DNA of 63,825 nt, the filler included, from Octopus bimaculoides (lineage: Eukaryota), in the NCBI RefSeq assembly GCF_001194135.2. It is 7 parts of 7 records of this genome, joined end to end, with 100 filler letters (N's around TTAATTAATTAA, not from the genome) between each part and the next. Parts side by side here need not be neighbours in the genome. Positions count along the whole stretch, not along the records: positions 20,611 to 44,381 come from NC_068996.1; 6 more parts are not named here. One strand, written 5' to 3'. Made by a program: the position numbers and the translations under genes. The notes under the pieces were generated by a model that was not told the origin of the DNA, ran no database searches, and saw only the letters and a list, made by a program, of their open reading frames with translations. Shown here piece after piece: positions 22,495 to 33,821 of the stretch. Each line of letters starts with the position of its first letter. The first letter of the stretch is position 1.

Positions 22495-23500
22495 GCCCCA
22501 TTATAGTTGTACTGGAATTCTTGCAATGTGATGCCTTTTAATACATCCATCGCTTTTTTTCTTCACTTCTTTTTCACTTCTACAAAATGTTTTCCTTTAA
22601 GGACTTTTTTCATTCAGGGGAACAAAAAAAGTTGCAGGGTGAAAGACTGGGTAAATAGGGAGGGTGTGTAAGTGTAAGTGGTCTCACAGGCACATTGTCG
22701 TGATGAGACCATCACTCTACCGCTTTACCACAGGTTGGGGTGTTTTCATCTCACCGTGTCTCACAAATGCATCCTAACTGTCAAGTAAAATTTCAGGTTA
22801 AGAGTTTAACCAGGATGAACAAATTCTGTATGGACAATTCCTTTCATAGTGATGAAACAAATCAGCAATGTCTTGACATTGGAATTCACTTGATGTGCTT
22901 TTATGGGGTATGGTGTCATTGAATGCTTCCATTGACTTGATTGCTGCTTCGTTTCTGGGTCGTAGCCATAGTAACATCTTTTGTCACCAGTTACGACCTT
23001 CTTTCAGCTCACAACATGCATTCAGTTGTGACTGCTTTTGATCTTCTGTGAGTAAACGAGGCACAAATTTTGCTGCAACTCTTTTCATTCGCAATTCTTT
23101 GCTCAAAATTCGTTGGCAGGAGCTTCAGGATACACCAGTCACATAAGCAAGTTTTGCAATTGTTTGGTGCTGGCCCTCCAAAATCAGTTCATGAATTTTT
23201 GTGATGTATTCATTCATTCAGGAAGTTGACGGTCACTCTGAATGAGATTGGTCTTCAAGAGACAAGTCACCATTCCTAAAGTGTGAAAACTACTCGTAAA
23301 CTTATGTTTTGCTCATGCCAGCATCCTTGTAAGCTGTTTGAAGCATGACAACTGTTTCAGCCACTGTTTTCCCCAGCAGCAAACAGATTTTCATGGAAGC
23401 ATGTTGTTCCTTCATTTCAGCCATTGCAAAAATTGACAAACAAGGGAGAAGCACTGCAAAACAAAGACACACTACATAGCAATACAACTTTACTTGGTGC
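22495..23500 (-). mobile_element. mariner (DD34D-type) transposase pseudogene
   Basis: HTH-like start (MAEMKEQ..LLGKTVAET..AYKD), AKFVPRLLT (WVPREL motif), YLPSLSPCNFFLFP (YSPDLAPxD motif). Many stops. Confidence 0.85.
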
Positions 23501-23854
23501 TGCCAACCAGCAGATTGATGCCTGGGGGTTGCATCAAGTGGCTTCTAGCAGCAGAAGCCTGAACTACAACAGACTTGTTCCACAGAGAATGTTCAAGTTA
23601 CTTTTGGGTTTTCCTTCATACTTACATGTCTGCATTAATGCAAAATGCAAAAGAATTCACTCAAAACAATGCAGAATTTGAGCTATGTTAATCAAAACTA
23701 CCACAATTGTTTTGCCTCATTCTTGCACCTGTAGATCATAGGTGAGTTGTTGTCAGTCAATTGTCTTGCATCACAGATGTAGAATGTGTATGTATGTCTA
23801 TGTATGTATATCTGTGTGTGTGTCCATATGTATGTATATGTCTATATATGTATA

Positions 23855-23982
23855 CAGGGTGATTCAAAAGTCACCGTACATAGGAAAAATGTATTTTTTT
23901 ATAAGAAACAGTTAAATAAAAAAAAACTGTTTCTTATAAAAAAAAAAATGTTCTTATGCATGGCGACTTTTGAATCACCCTG
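23855..23982. mobile_element. 128-bp Tc1/mariner MITE, almost fully palindromic
   Basis: TIR CAGGGTGATTCAAAAGTC(A/G)CC at both ends, TA on both flanks, internal AAGAAACAGTT/AACTGTTTCTT. Confidence 0.9.
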
Positions 23983-24200
23983 TATATATATATGTGTGTG
24001 TGCGTGTACCTATTTATGTGCGTATGTATATATATATATATCAATATGTATGTGTATGTATATATGTATATGTGTATATATTCATGTGATATCTGTTTAA
24101 ATATGCTTATGTATTTATCTTAAATGTATTCTATGCATATATAAGTGAATGCCTATATATGATTGTCTAAATCAATACATTAAGATACATATGTATGGAT

Positions 24201-24230
<30 letters not shown>

Positions 24231-24231
<1 letters not shown>

Positions 24232-25366
24232 CATATAAACATATATCAATATACATATATCTATATATATATTTATATACATATCAGCAACAAAAATATT
24301 CCGAAGCAAATATTTATACAGATATTAATATTGATATTATCATCAAAGGCAATACAAATAGTTTATGATAACAACGATATCAACATAGGTGGCTGCAGGC
24401 CTAAACCAGCATTATATAGCTATAGAATTAANNNNNNNNNNNNNNNNNNNNNNNNNNNNNNNNNNNNNNNNNNNNNNNNNNNNNNNNNNNNNNNNNNNNN
24501 NNNNNNNNNNNNNNNNNNNNNNNNNNNNNNNNNNNNNNNNNNNNNNNNNNNNNNNNNNNNNNNNNNNNNNNNNNNNNNNNNNNNNNNNNNNNNNNNNNNN
24601 NNNNNNNNNNNNNNNNNNNNNNNNNNNNNNNNNNNNNNNNNNNNNNNNNNNNNNNNNNNNNNNNNNNNNNNNNNNNNNNNNNNNNNNNNNNNNNNNNNNN
24701 NNNNNNNNNNNNNNNNNNNNNNNNNNNNNNNNNNNNNNNNNNNNNNNNNNNNNNNNNNNNNNNNNNNNNNNNNNNNNNNNNNNNNNNNNNNNNNNNNNNN
24801 NNNNNNNNNNNNNNNNNNNNNNNNNNNNAGCAATGCCATCACGCTTCAGGACCAGTTACTGCAACAGCTTGGGATTCAGGGGCCCACAGCTTTTTAATAT
24901 TCTCCCAAAGAGCCTGAGGAATCTGCACAAAGTAGATGTAGGAGTTTTTAAATCAAAGCTGGACCTCTTCCTATCGAGAGTCCCAGATGAACCTACCTCA
25001 CGGCAGGAGGTGCAAATGAGGGTTGCTAAATCAAACTCCATTCTTCACCAAGTGCCACATATTGTAAGAGGTTCCCTGTAATAACAGTGTAGCATGACCG
25101 CAGCTCTAAGCTGAAACTTAAAAAAAAAAAATAAAAATAAAAAAAATATATATATATATATATATACATATAAACATATATCAATATACATATATCTATA
25201 TATATATTTATATACATATCAGCAACAAAAATATTCCGAAGCAAATATTTATACAGATATTAATATTGATATTATCATCAAAGGCAATACAAATAGTTTA
25301 TGATAACAACGATATCAACATAGGTGGCTGCAGGCCTAAACCAGCATTATATAGCTATAGAATTAA
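24231..25366. repeat. Exact 201-bp direct duplication (24231-24431 = 25166-25366) bracketing a gap and a LINE 3' end
   Basis: The two copies read identical base by base, offset 935. Confidence 0.9.
24829..25145 (+). mobile_element. CR1/L2-type LINE 3' end, open reading to its stop, A-rich tail
   Basis: ..SLGFRGPQLFNILPKSLRN..FKSKLDLFLSRVPDEP..AKSNSILHQV.. then tail CAGCTCTAAGCTGAAACT + poly(A). Confidence 0.85.
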
Positions 25367-26191
25367 AATTACATTAATCAAAGGACACATCAAAGTGTTT
25401 ACCCACTAGAAATAAGAGTTAAAACCCTCATGTGGACCACCAAAAACTACTTACACTGAAAATAACAGATTCGACAGTATACAGGCAAGTGAACCGAAAA
25501 AAGATCTCTCACATACCATTATAGCATAAAGCTATATATTTAATGGAATAAGCATATAGGTGGACCATTTTCTGGTTTGATACAAAAATCTTAACTTCTT
25601 CAGTGCATCTTAACCCTTTGAAACATCTTCCCAGTCCGCCATATTGAAATCTGTTGGCGTCCTTAATTGCTTAGCACCAAATTGTGGACAGCCTCAGTGT
25701 GAAAAGTTCTAATCTGCAGCAAGAATATTCAGAAGCGAATATTTATATAGTGAGTGGAGAAGCAATGAAAGTAGGTTCCCGGAGGGAAACCCGAGCATAC
25801 AAAAAAAAAGCACCCAGTACATGACATAAAGTATTACAGTCTTTAAAATTGTGTTGGTATTCTGAAACTTAGGTTGAAAAGATCATCTCTGGCAAGAGAG
25901 ACAGACAGAGAGACAGATAGAGAGAGAGCACAAAATAGTGAAACTTTGAAGGCTAAAAGCTATCGAACTTTTATAGCAAAAGTGACAACAGAGCTAAGCC
26001 ACTATGTTGCCAACCTTGTATCAACCAAAGTTGTTTGATATAAGCTCTGTAAAGCTGGATACGATGAGAGGGCTACAATTGCTTAATCTCTCCTGTCTCC
26101 TATCAACATTGATTCGTGAAAAAAAAAAAAATTATACATTATTTACATTATTTACATTTGACGGATATTTGTCCTTATCTTGTTTGTTGTT

Positions 26192-26237
26192 AACACAATG
26201 TTTCGGCTGATGTACTCTCCAGCCTTCATCAGGTGTC
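26192..26237 (-). ncRNA. Minimal type I hammerhead ribozyme motif
   Basis: GACAC-CUGAUGA-A-GGCUG(10 nt)CAGCC-GAAA-CA-UU-GUGUU. Stem I GACAC/GUGUU, stem II GGCUG/CAGCC, intact core. Confidence 0.75.
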
Positions 26238-26261
26238 ATTCCTAAGGTATTTTTATAATGC

Positions 26262-26292
<31 letters not shown>

Positions 26293-26441
26293 GTTATTAT
26301 TCAGGTCATTGCCTGGAATTGAACTTGGAATCTTGGGGTTGGTAGCCCGTGCTCTTAACCACTATGCCATATGCCCGTGGGTTAGTGGCGAAGAGCATGG
26401 ATTACTAACCCCAAGATTCTGAGTTCAATTCCAGGCAGTGA

Positions 26442-26472
<31 letters not shown>

Positions 26473-26473
26473 G

Positions 26474-26552
<79 letters not shown>

Positions 26553-26554
26553 TG

Positions 26555-26597
<43 letters not shown>

Positions 26598-26635
26598 CAA
26601 CAACGACAACAATATCGTAAAAATACCTTAGGAAT

Positions 26636-26681
26636 GACTCCTGATGAAAGCTGGAGAGTACATCAGCTGAAGCATTGTGTT
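26636..26681 (+). ncRNA. Second, more mutated copy of the minimal hammerhead
   Basis: GACUC-CUGAUGA-A-AGCUG(10 nt)CAGCU-GAAG-CA-UU-GUGUU. GAAA>GAAG probably inactivates it. Confidence 0.6.
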
Positions 26682-26789
26682 AACAACAAACAAGATGAAG
26701 ACAAATATCTGTCAAATGTAAATAATGTAAATAATGTAAATAATTCCTCATCTCTCATATATAAAACTATAATAAAAGATTATGTCTAG

Positions 26790-27600
26790 ACTATCAGAAA
26801 TGGTCACTGGCTCAATGAAAGAATGTTCTCTGATGAATCATCATTCAACCATTTTTCCCCACTTGAGGTTATGTTTATATCTGGAAACAGCCAAAAGAAA
26901 CCTTTAGTCCTGACTGTTTGGCCCTTACTGTGAAACATAGAGGTGGTTCTGCGATGATTGGGTTGGCCATATGTTGGAACTCTCTTAACCCTTCAGTTGT
27001 TTTACAAAGCAAAGTTAAGGCCAAACAATTATCTGAGTATTTTGGCTGATTGTATCCATCCTATGGTACGAACATTATTTCCTGATGGTAAAGTAATCTT
27101 CCAGGATAATAATCTTTTCTACTCTAGGCACAAATTTTTGGGGAGGGAATCAGTCAATTACATCAACCCCAGTATGCAACTGGTATTCAATTTATCGACC
27201 CTGAAAGGATAAAAGGCAAAGTTGACCGCGGTGGAATTTGAACTCAGAACGCAAAGACAGATGAAATACCATTGAGCATTTCGCCCATCGTGCTAACATT
27301 TCTGCCAGTTTGGCAGGATAATAAAGCACTGATTCACACAGTTGATGTTATCCAAAACTAGCACAAGGAACACAGAACTGAAGTAGAACACTTGGATTAG
27401 TCCCCTACAATCATTGTGTCTCAACAGAATCAAATATGATCCTTTTTGAAGCAACATGTGAGGAACCACTTTACTGTATCACATTACTGAAAGAGCTAAA
27501 TCCAGTTTTTACATGAAGAATGTCTCAAAAATTTCTCTTAACAACCATTCAGACCATGTACAAGTTAATTCTTCGATGTCTTAAAGCAGTGACTGATGCC
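26790..27600 (+). mobile_element. Tc1 (DD34E-type) transposase relic split by a SINE
   Basis: FSDESSF..WKQPKETF..TVKHRGGS..IHPMVRTLFPDGKVIFQDN. Same family as 47150-48312. Confidence 0.8.
27113..27313 (-). mobile_element. SINE family A inserted in the Tc1 with an 11-bp TSD
   Basis: CAGGATAATAA at 27102-27112 and 27314-27324. Confidence 0.85.
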
Positions 27601-27676
27601 AAAATGTGAACCAGCTGTGAATGAAATAATAAAATTTCCATTTAACAAGGTGTTTCCATCATTTTTCTACCTCTTG

Positions 27677-27771
<95 letters not shown>

Positions 27772-27789
27772 TGTATGTATGTATGTATG

Positions 27790-27907
27790 TATGTACTTCA
27801 ATGTTCAGTTTTATTTCAAGATTTCTTGCCAATAGAAAAAGAGCTGGTTTCTAACCCAGACCCAAGGCTCCTTCATTGGAATTTCAACATCAACAACAGG
27901 ATATTTT

Positions 27908-27939
<32 letters not shown>

Positions 27940-28280
27940 TGTATGTATGTATATATGTATGTATGCATACATGCATATATGTATGGATGTGCAGATTTGT
28001 ATGTTTTATGTATGTATTCTCATGCATATAGTTACATATCTAGACATGCTCATATGTATCTGAATAATAAACTTCTGGAAAGTTTTACAGATTTTTTGCA
28101 GTTCCAGTGATGGATTGGATCTGTAGTCTTCAAATCAGTTTTCACTTTTCTGGTTTTGAGAAGCCTAATTTCTCAAGATTGGTATTTAGGCAGTGTGTTA
28201 CATATCTCAGGACCCCAGTAATTACAGGTATATACCTGAACTTGTAATCTGGATAGAGTAACTGTAAATTTCTCAATAAT
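27790..28280 (-). mobile_element. R4/Dong-like LINE 3' end flanked by (TACA)n
   Basis: ..YKFRYIPVITGVLRYVTHCLNTNLEKLGF..LQIQSITGT.KICKTF (RLE C-terminus). Both junctions lie in (TATG)n. Confidence 0.7.
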
Positions 28281-29265
28281 TGTATGTATGTATGTATGTA
28301 TGTATGTATGTATGTATGTATGTATGCATGTATGTATGTATGTATGTACGTATGTATGTATGCATGTATGTATATATGTATGTCTGTATGTATGTGTGTA
28401 TGTGTGTATGTATGCATCGTAGTGGTGGTGGGGGTGACAGTATTACTCATAGTTTTGCTAATTTTATTGTTGTTGCAATTGCTGTTGCAGTTGTTGCTGT
28501 TGTTGCTGCTGCTGCAGTACCATGCATCATAGTAGCAGAGATGCAAATTCTTTAAATGCTGTACGTTAAAGAAGAAGAAATCTCTTTTTGCACCAATTGT
28601 TAGAAGGAATCAGGGATATAATTCACTCTCTTTTCAAAGTTACCTCCCACCAGTGCCACCTTAAGGAATTGCCCAGAGACTTCACAACTCTGGGAGCCCA
28701 ATTCTTATCTATTTATGTTGTGGCTTACTGTCAATAAATAGCACCATGGGACCCAATGTATTGATTTGCCCAAGAGCCTATTGTACTGCCAAGAGGGCTC
28801 TGCTTCCTACTTCTGGTTGTTAAAGAAGTTGCCATCTGTTAAATTCATATTTTTTCAAACACAAACATTTCAGAATTTTGTTTAAATTTTTGACCCAACG
28901 GGAAAAGGAACAGAAGAGCCAAATGGCTCATGGGGCACTTGGTTAGTTTAACTAAAAGTAAATAACAGAACATATACAAATAAACAAAAACTTATGAAAC
29001 CACTCCAGTACGTGTTGTTAGTACAATGAATAATAATAATAATAATAGTAATTGCTTTCTTGTTTTTCATTTTTTCATATTTTTTTTATTATTTTCTCCT
29101 TTTTCCTTTTTCTTTCTTCTTTTCTTCCCCATTTTTTTCTAACACATGACTTTGTAAATGAACAATCTGGTGTGTTTATTTTAATGGCCTACCAATGCAT
29201 ACTAGGCCCTAGGTGTCAGGAAGACACTCTGCAAGAAATAGAAACAAAACTGAAAGAAGAGGATA

Positions 29266-29348
<83 letters not shown>

Positions 29349-29384
29349 TAATAATAATAGTAGTAATACCTGAAGCAATTCTTC

Positions 29385-31292
29385 TGAACGTTAGGTGACA
29401 GTGGGGAACTACCATCCCATAGCATGCCTAAACATAATCTGGAAGAGACTCACTGGAATATGTGCTGCAAAGATATACACTTTCCTGGCACAGGAAGAAA
29501 TACTACCAAGGAAACAAAGAGGATGTAGGAAGAGTTCTCGGGTACCAAAGATCATCTGGTCGATAAAGCAGTTTTGAGGCATTGTAAAAAAAAAATTCAT
29601 ACAAACATGTCTTTGGTTTGGATTGATTTTAAGAAGGCATATGATATGATGCCTCATTCTTGGATCGTTGAATGCCTGCAGGTGTTTGGTGTTGCTGACA
29701 TCACAAATTTTCTGATGCATAGCATGAAAGAGTGGAAACCAAATTTTACTTAAGTAATGTATTCCTTGGAGAAGTTAATATTAAAAGGGGAATCTTCCAA
29801 GGTGACTTGCTTTCTCCATTACTATTTGTAATTTCAATAATACCTATAACAATGACACTTAGGAAAGTTAAGATGAGTTACCAATGTGGGAAGAAAGGCC
29901 CATCATTGAACCATCTTATGTTTATGGATGACCTGAAATTGTTTGGAAAATCTGAAAAACAGATAGATTCTTTAACCAAAACAGTCCAGAAGTGTGGTAG
30001 GGACATTGGTATGGAATTTGGGATTACCAAATGCTCAGTACTTAATATGAAAATAGGGAAGAAAGCATCATGCAAAGGATTGTGGTTACCAGCAGAAAAG
30101 ATGGTAGTGGGTATAGATATTTAGGGATTTTGGAGCTGGATAACATTCTACACAGAGAAATGAAAGTCAAGGTCAGTGAAGTGTATCAAAAAAGGGTGAA
30201 GATGGTGTTGAAATTCAACCTGAATGCCAAAAACTTGATTACTGCAATGAATATCTGGGCAGTTGTGGTGGTCAGATATAGTGGGTCCATCCTTAAATGG
30301 ACTAAGGAGGAAATATCAACACTGGATAGAAGGAGGAGAAAGTTGATGACACTGTATGGGGAGCTACACGCTAAAGCAAAGGTAAACAGACTGTATAAGA
30401 AAAGAAAGAATGGCGACAGATGATTAATTAGTATAGACGATTGTATAAGGAGTGAAAGGAGAATGCTTGCCGAGTATTTGATAAATAGTGATGAAGACCT
30501 GCTGCAATATGCTGCAAAAGATATGGGTGTATATGAAGATGAAATGATGGGCAAGGCAGAGTTTAACCAAAGAGCTCAGGAGAAGAGAAAAGAAGACCTG
30601 ATCATTGCTGCTCAAGACCAGGCTCTCACCACCAATTCAGTGAAGTATAACATCTATAAAACTTCTGACACCCAGAAATGCAGATTCTGTGGAAAGAATG
30701 TGACCCACTTGATAAGTGGATGTGAGAGCCTTGCACAAAAAGAATACAAGTACCACCATGATAAAGTGTGTGTGTGTATCTTCATTGTCTCTTATGCCGT
30801 AAATACCAATATAAAGTAACAGAGAACTGGTATGAGCATGTACCAAGTAAAGAAAAGAGGATGGAAAAGTAACGATACTTTGGGACTATGATTTTTAGAT
30901 GGATCGTGTAATCAAACACAGTTAGCCGGATATTGTCATATTGAATAAGAGAGACAAATACTATCAGATCATTGATGTAGCCATACCAAATGACATGAAT
31001 GTTGCGAGTAAAGAGATTGAAAAAATCACTAAGTACTCTGAATTGAAAGTGGAAATGGCAAGACTGTATGGAATGCGAGAGGGTAATGTAAAAGTGATAC
31101 CAGTGGTGATCAATCCGATTGAAACTTCAAGACTTCTTAAGGCAACTGGAAATCCCATGCAAGATTGATGTCTTGCAAAAAGCAGCCTTATTGGGTACAG
31201 CGCACATCTTAAGGAAAGTATTATCTGACTTGTTGTGACTTGACAGATGACTAAAGACTCCGGTACATTTTTACCTACACTGTGTTACGAAG

Positions 31293-31300
<8 letters not shown>
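29385..31300 (+). mobile_element. R4/Dong-clade LINE, 5'-truncated (RT + CCHC + RLE), frameshifted
   Basis: YHPIACL, IDFKKAYD, RGIFQGDLLSPLLF, HLMFMDDLKLF, AAQDQALTT, CRFCG..HLISGC, IIDVAIP. TAA repeats at both ends. Confidence 0.92.
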
Positions 31301-31340
<40 letters not shown>

Positions 31341-32107
31341 TGATGATGATGATGATGATGATGATAATCATAGTAGTAGTAGTAGTAGTAGTAATCATAA
31401 CGATAATAATAGCAGACAATCAACACTACTAAGCAACAACAAGAANNNNNNNNNNNNNNNNNNNNNNNNNNNNNNNNNNNNNNNNNNNNNNNNNNNNNNN
31501 NNNNNNNNNNNNNNNNNNNNNNNNNNNNNNNNNNNNNNNNNNNNNNNNNNNNNNNNNNNNNNNNNNNNNNNNNNNNNNNNNNNNNNNNNNNNNNNNNNNN
31601 NNNNNNNNNNNNNNNNNNNNNNNNNNNNNNNNNNNNNNNNNNNNNNNNNNNNNNNNNNNNNNNNNNNNNNNNNNNNNNNNNNNNNNNNNNNNNNNNNNNN
31701 NNNNNNNNNNNNNNNNNNNNNNNNNNNNNNNNNNNNNNNNNNNNNNNNNNNNNNNNNNNNNNNNNNNNNNNNNNNNNNNNNNNNNNNNNNNNNNNNNNNN
31801 NNNNNNNNNNNNNNNNNNNNNNNNNNNNNNNNNNNNNNNNNNNNNNNNNNNNNNNNNNNNNNNNNNNNNNNNNNNNNNNNNNNNNNNNNNNNNNNNNNNN
31901 NNNNNNNNNNNNNNNNNNNNNNNNNNNNNNNNNNNNNNNNNNNNNNNNNNNNNNNNNNNNNNNNNNNNNNNNNNNNNNNNNNNNNNNNNNNNNNNNNNNN
32001 NNNNNNNNNNNNNNNNNNNNNNNNNNNNNNNNNNNNNNNNNNNNNNNNNNNNNNNNNNNNNNNNNNNNNNNNNNNNNNNNNNNNNNNNNNNNNNNNNNNN
32101 NNNNNNN

Positions 32108-33240
32108 GGAACAACCTCAGAAAAGGACTATTAAAACAATGAACTTAGCACCTGAACAACTCTGGACCCCTATAACAACTGAAGAGGTCACCCAGGCACT
32201 GCAAAGACTAAGCAACTGGAAGGCACCTGGGCACGACAAGATCCCCAACTTCTGGTTAAAATATCTGACAGGAATACACAAAAAGCTGGCTGAAAACTTT
32301 AACAACATACTAGCAGAGCCAGAGACAATGCCTGAATGGCTCACAAAAGGGAAAAACTATCCTATTTCCCAAATCCACTGAAACGGCAAAACCACAAAAC
32401 TACAGACCAATAACCTGTCTCCCTACAATTTACAAAGCCTTTACTGCAATAATATCACAGAGATTGAGTAAGCATCTGGAAGAAAACAGCCTGTTTCCAG
32501 AAGAGCAGAAGGGATGCTGCAAGGGCTCATATGGCTGTAAAGATCAGATACTGATCAATAAAGCCATAACTGAAGACAGCCACGGATAGAAGAAAGGCCT
32601 CAGTATGACCTGGATCGACTACCAAAAGGCTTTTGACAGTGTTCCCCACACGTGGATCCTCGAAACAAGGTAGCACCAATAATTATAAAATGCATAAGAG
32701 ACTCCATGAATAAATGGCAGACAATGCTAGAGCTCCAAACAAAGGAGGAACTCATGAAAACCAAAGCCATCCCCATTAGAAGAGGAATATTCCAGGGAGA
32801 CATGCTCTCTCCACTCCTTTTCTGCTTGGCACTCACACCTTTAACTGAATTGCTAAATAGAACTGGATGCGGATACAAATGTTGCGGCAAAACAATCAGC
32901 CACCCCTTATATATGGATGACCTAAAACTATACGCTACAAATGATAAACAGCTGGAAACACTACTACAGACAGTACATGTATTTACAAAGAAATAAATAT
33001 GAAATCTTGATTAGAAAAATGTGCCAAAGCAACCCTGAAAAGAGGAAAACTAGTTAAGAGTAACATCACACTAGATAAAGCCAATGAAATAAGAGAATTA
33101 GACCAAAGTCAGACATACAAATACTTATGAATCAATGAACTAGATACGGTACAACACACACAAATGAAAGACAAAATAAAGAAAGAATACAATAGATGAG
33201 TTAAATCAATAGTGAAAACAGAGCTCAATGCTACAAACAT
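32108..33240 (+). mobile_element. R4/Dong-clade RT fragment (distinct subfamily)
   Basis: NWKAPGHDKIPNFWLK, YRPITCL, IDYQKAFDSVPH, RGIFQGDMLSPLLF, LYMDDLKLY. Confidence 0.92.
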
Positions 33241-33306
33241 GATGGGTATATTGGGCTTCGTATACTTTACTCCAGTGTCACTTTGGTGGCATGCACTGCT
33301 CTCTCA

Positions 33307-33310
<4 letters not shown>
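33240..33310 (+). mobile_element. Family D 3' tail interrupting the Dong RT
   Basis: Matches 8596-8655, followed by (TAA)n. Confidence 0.75.
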
Positions 33311-33349
<39 letters not shown>

Positions 33350-33391
33350 GTAATAGTAATAGTAGTAGTAGTAATAGTAATAGTAATAGTA

Positions 33392-33436
<45 letters not shown>

Positions 33437-33440
<4 letters not shown>

Positions 33441-33512
33441 ACATACCCAAGGCGCACAGAGCTGCGCTCGGTAGTGAAGTGAAAGCACGTTATAAAAATA
33501 AAACTACTGAAC
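33437..33512 (+). mobile_element. ~75-bp R4/Dong 3' tail inside a TAA tract
   Basis: Near-identical to 5455-5525. Confidence 0.9.
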
Positions 33513-33567
<55 letters not shown>

Positions 33568-33570
<3 letters not shown>

Positions 33571-33800
33571 TAAAATGTATCCCAGAAGTCATAGGTGCAT
33601 TAGGAACTATTTCTAAAGATTTGAACAGATGGATAGAGGAAACAGGCATAAAACTCAGTTAAGTACAGCTCCAGAAAACAGTGTTATTAGGGACAGCCGT
33701 GATATTTTGGAGGACTCTTGGCATCTAAGGTTATTCATTGTAGCTTGATGTTAGGAATTTTTCTTTCCAACAGTTTAATCTATAATGTGTATATGAACAA
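33568..33800 (+). mobile_element. R4/Dong 3' end (another subfamily)
   Basis: VKCIPEVIGALGTISKDLNRWI..QLQKTVLLGTAVI. Starts in (TAA)n. Confidence 0.75.
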
Positions 33801-33821
33801 CAACAACAACAACAATAATAA

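Larger units (their letters stand above)
26131..26744. mobile_element. Head-to-head palindromic element: each arm = tRNA-like head + (TAA)n + minimal hammerhead + (TAAATAATG)n tail
   Basis: The arms 26131-26364 and 26383-26744 are reverse complements apart from TAA tract length. Minus-strand head GGGCATATGGCATAGTGGTTAAG (A box) and AGTTCAATTCC (B box). Confidence 0.85.

Noticed and set aside
26300-26445. Functional tRNA genes in the palindrome centre and in SINE heads
   Set aside because: The acceptor stems do not close and the apparent ACT anticodon is not a standard eukaryotic tRNA. These are SINE-type heads.
26830-26836. CTGATGA as another hammerhead core
   Set aside because: It encodes the Tc1 FSDE motif and has no flanking stems or GAAA.
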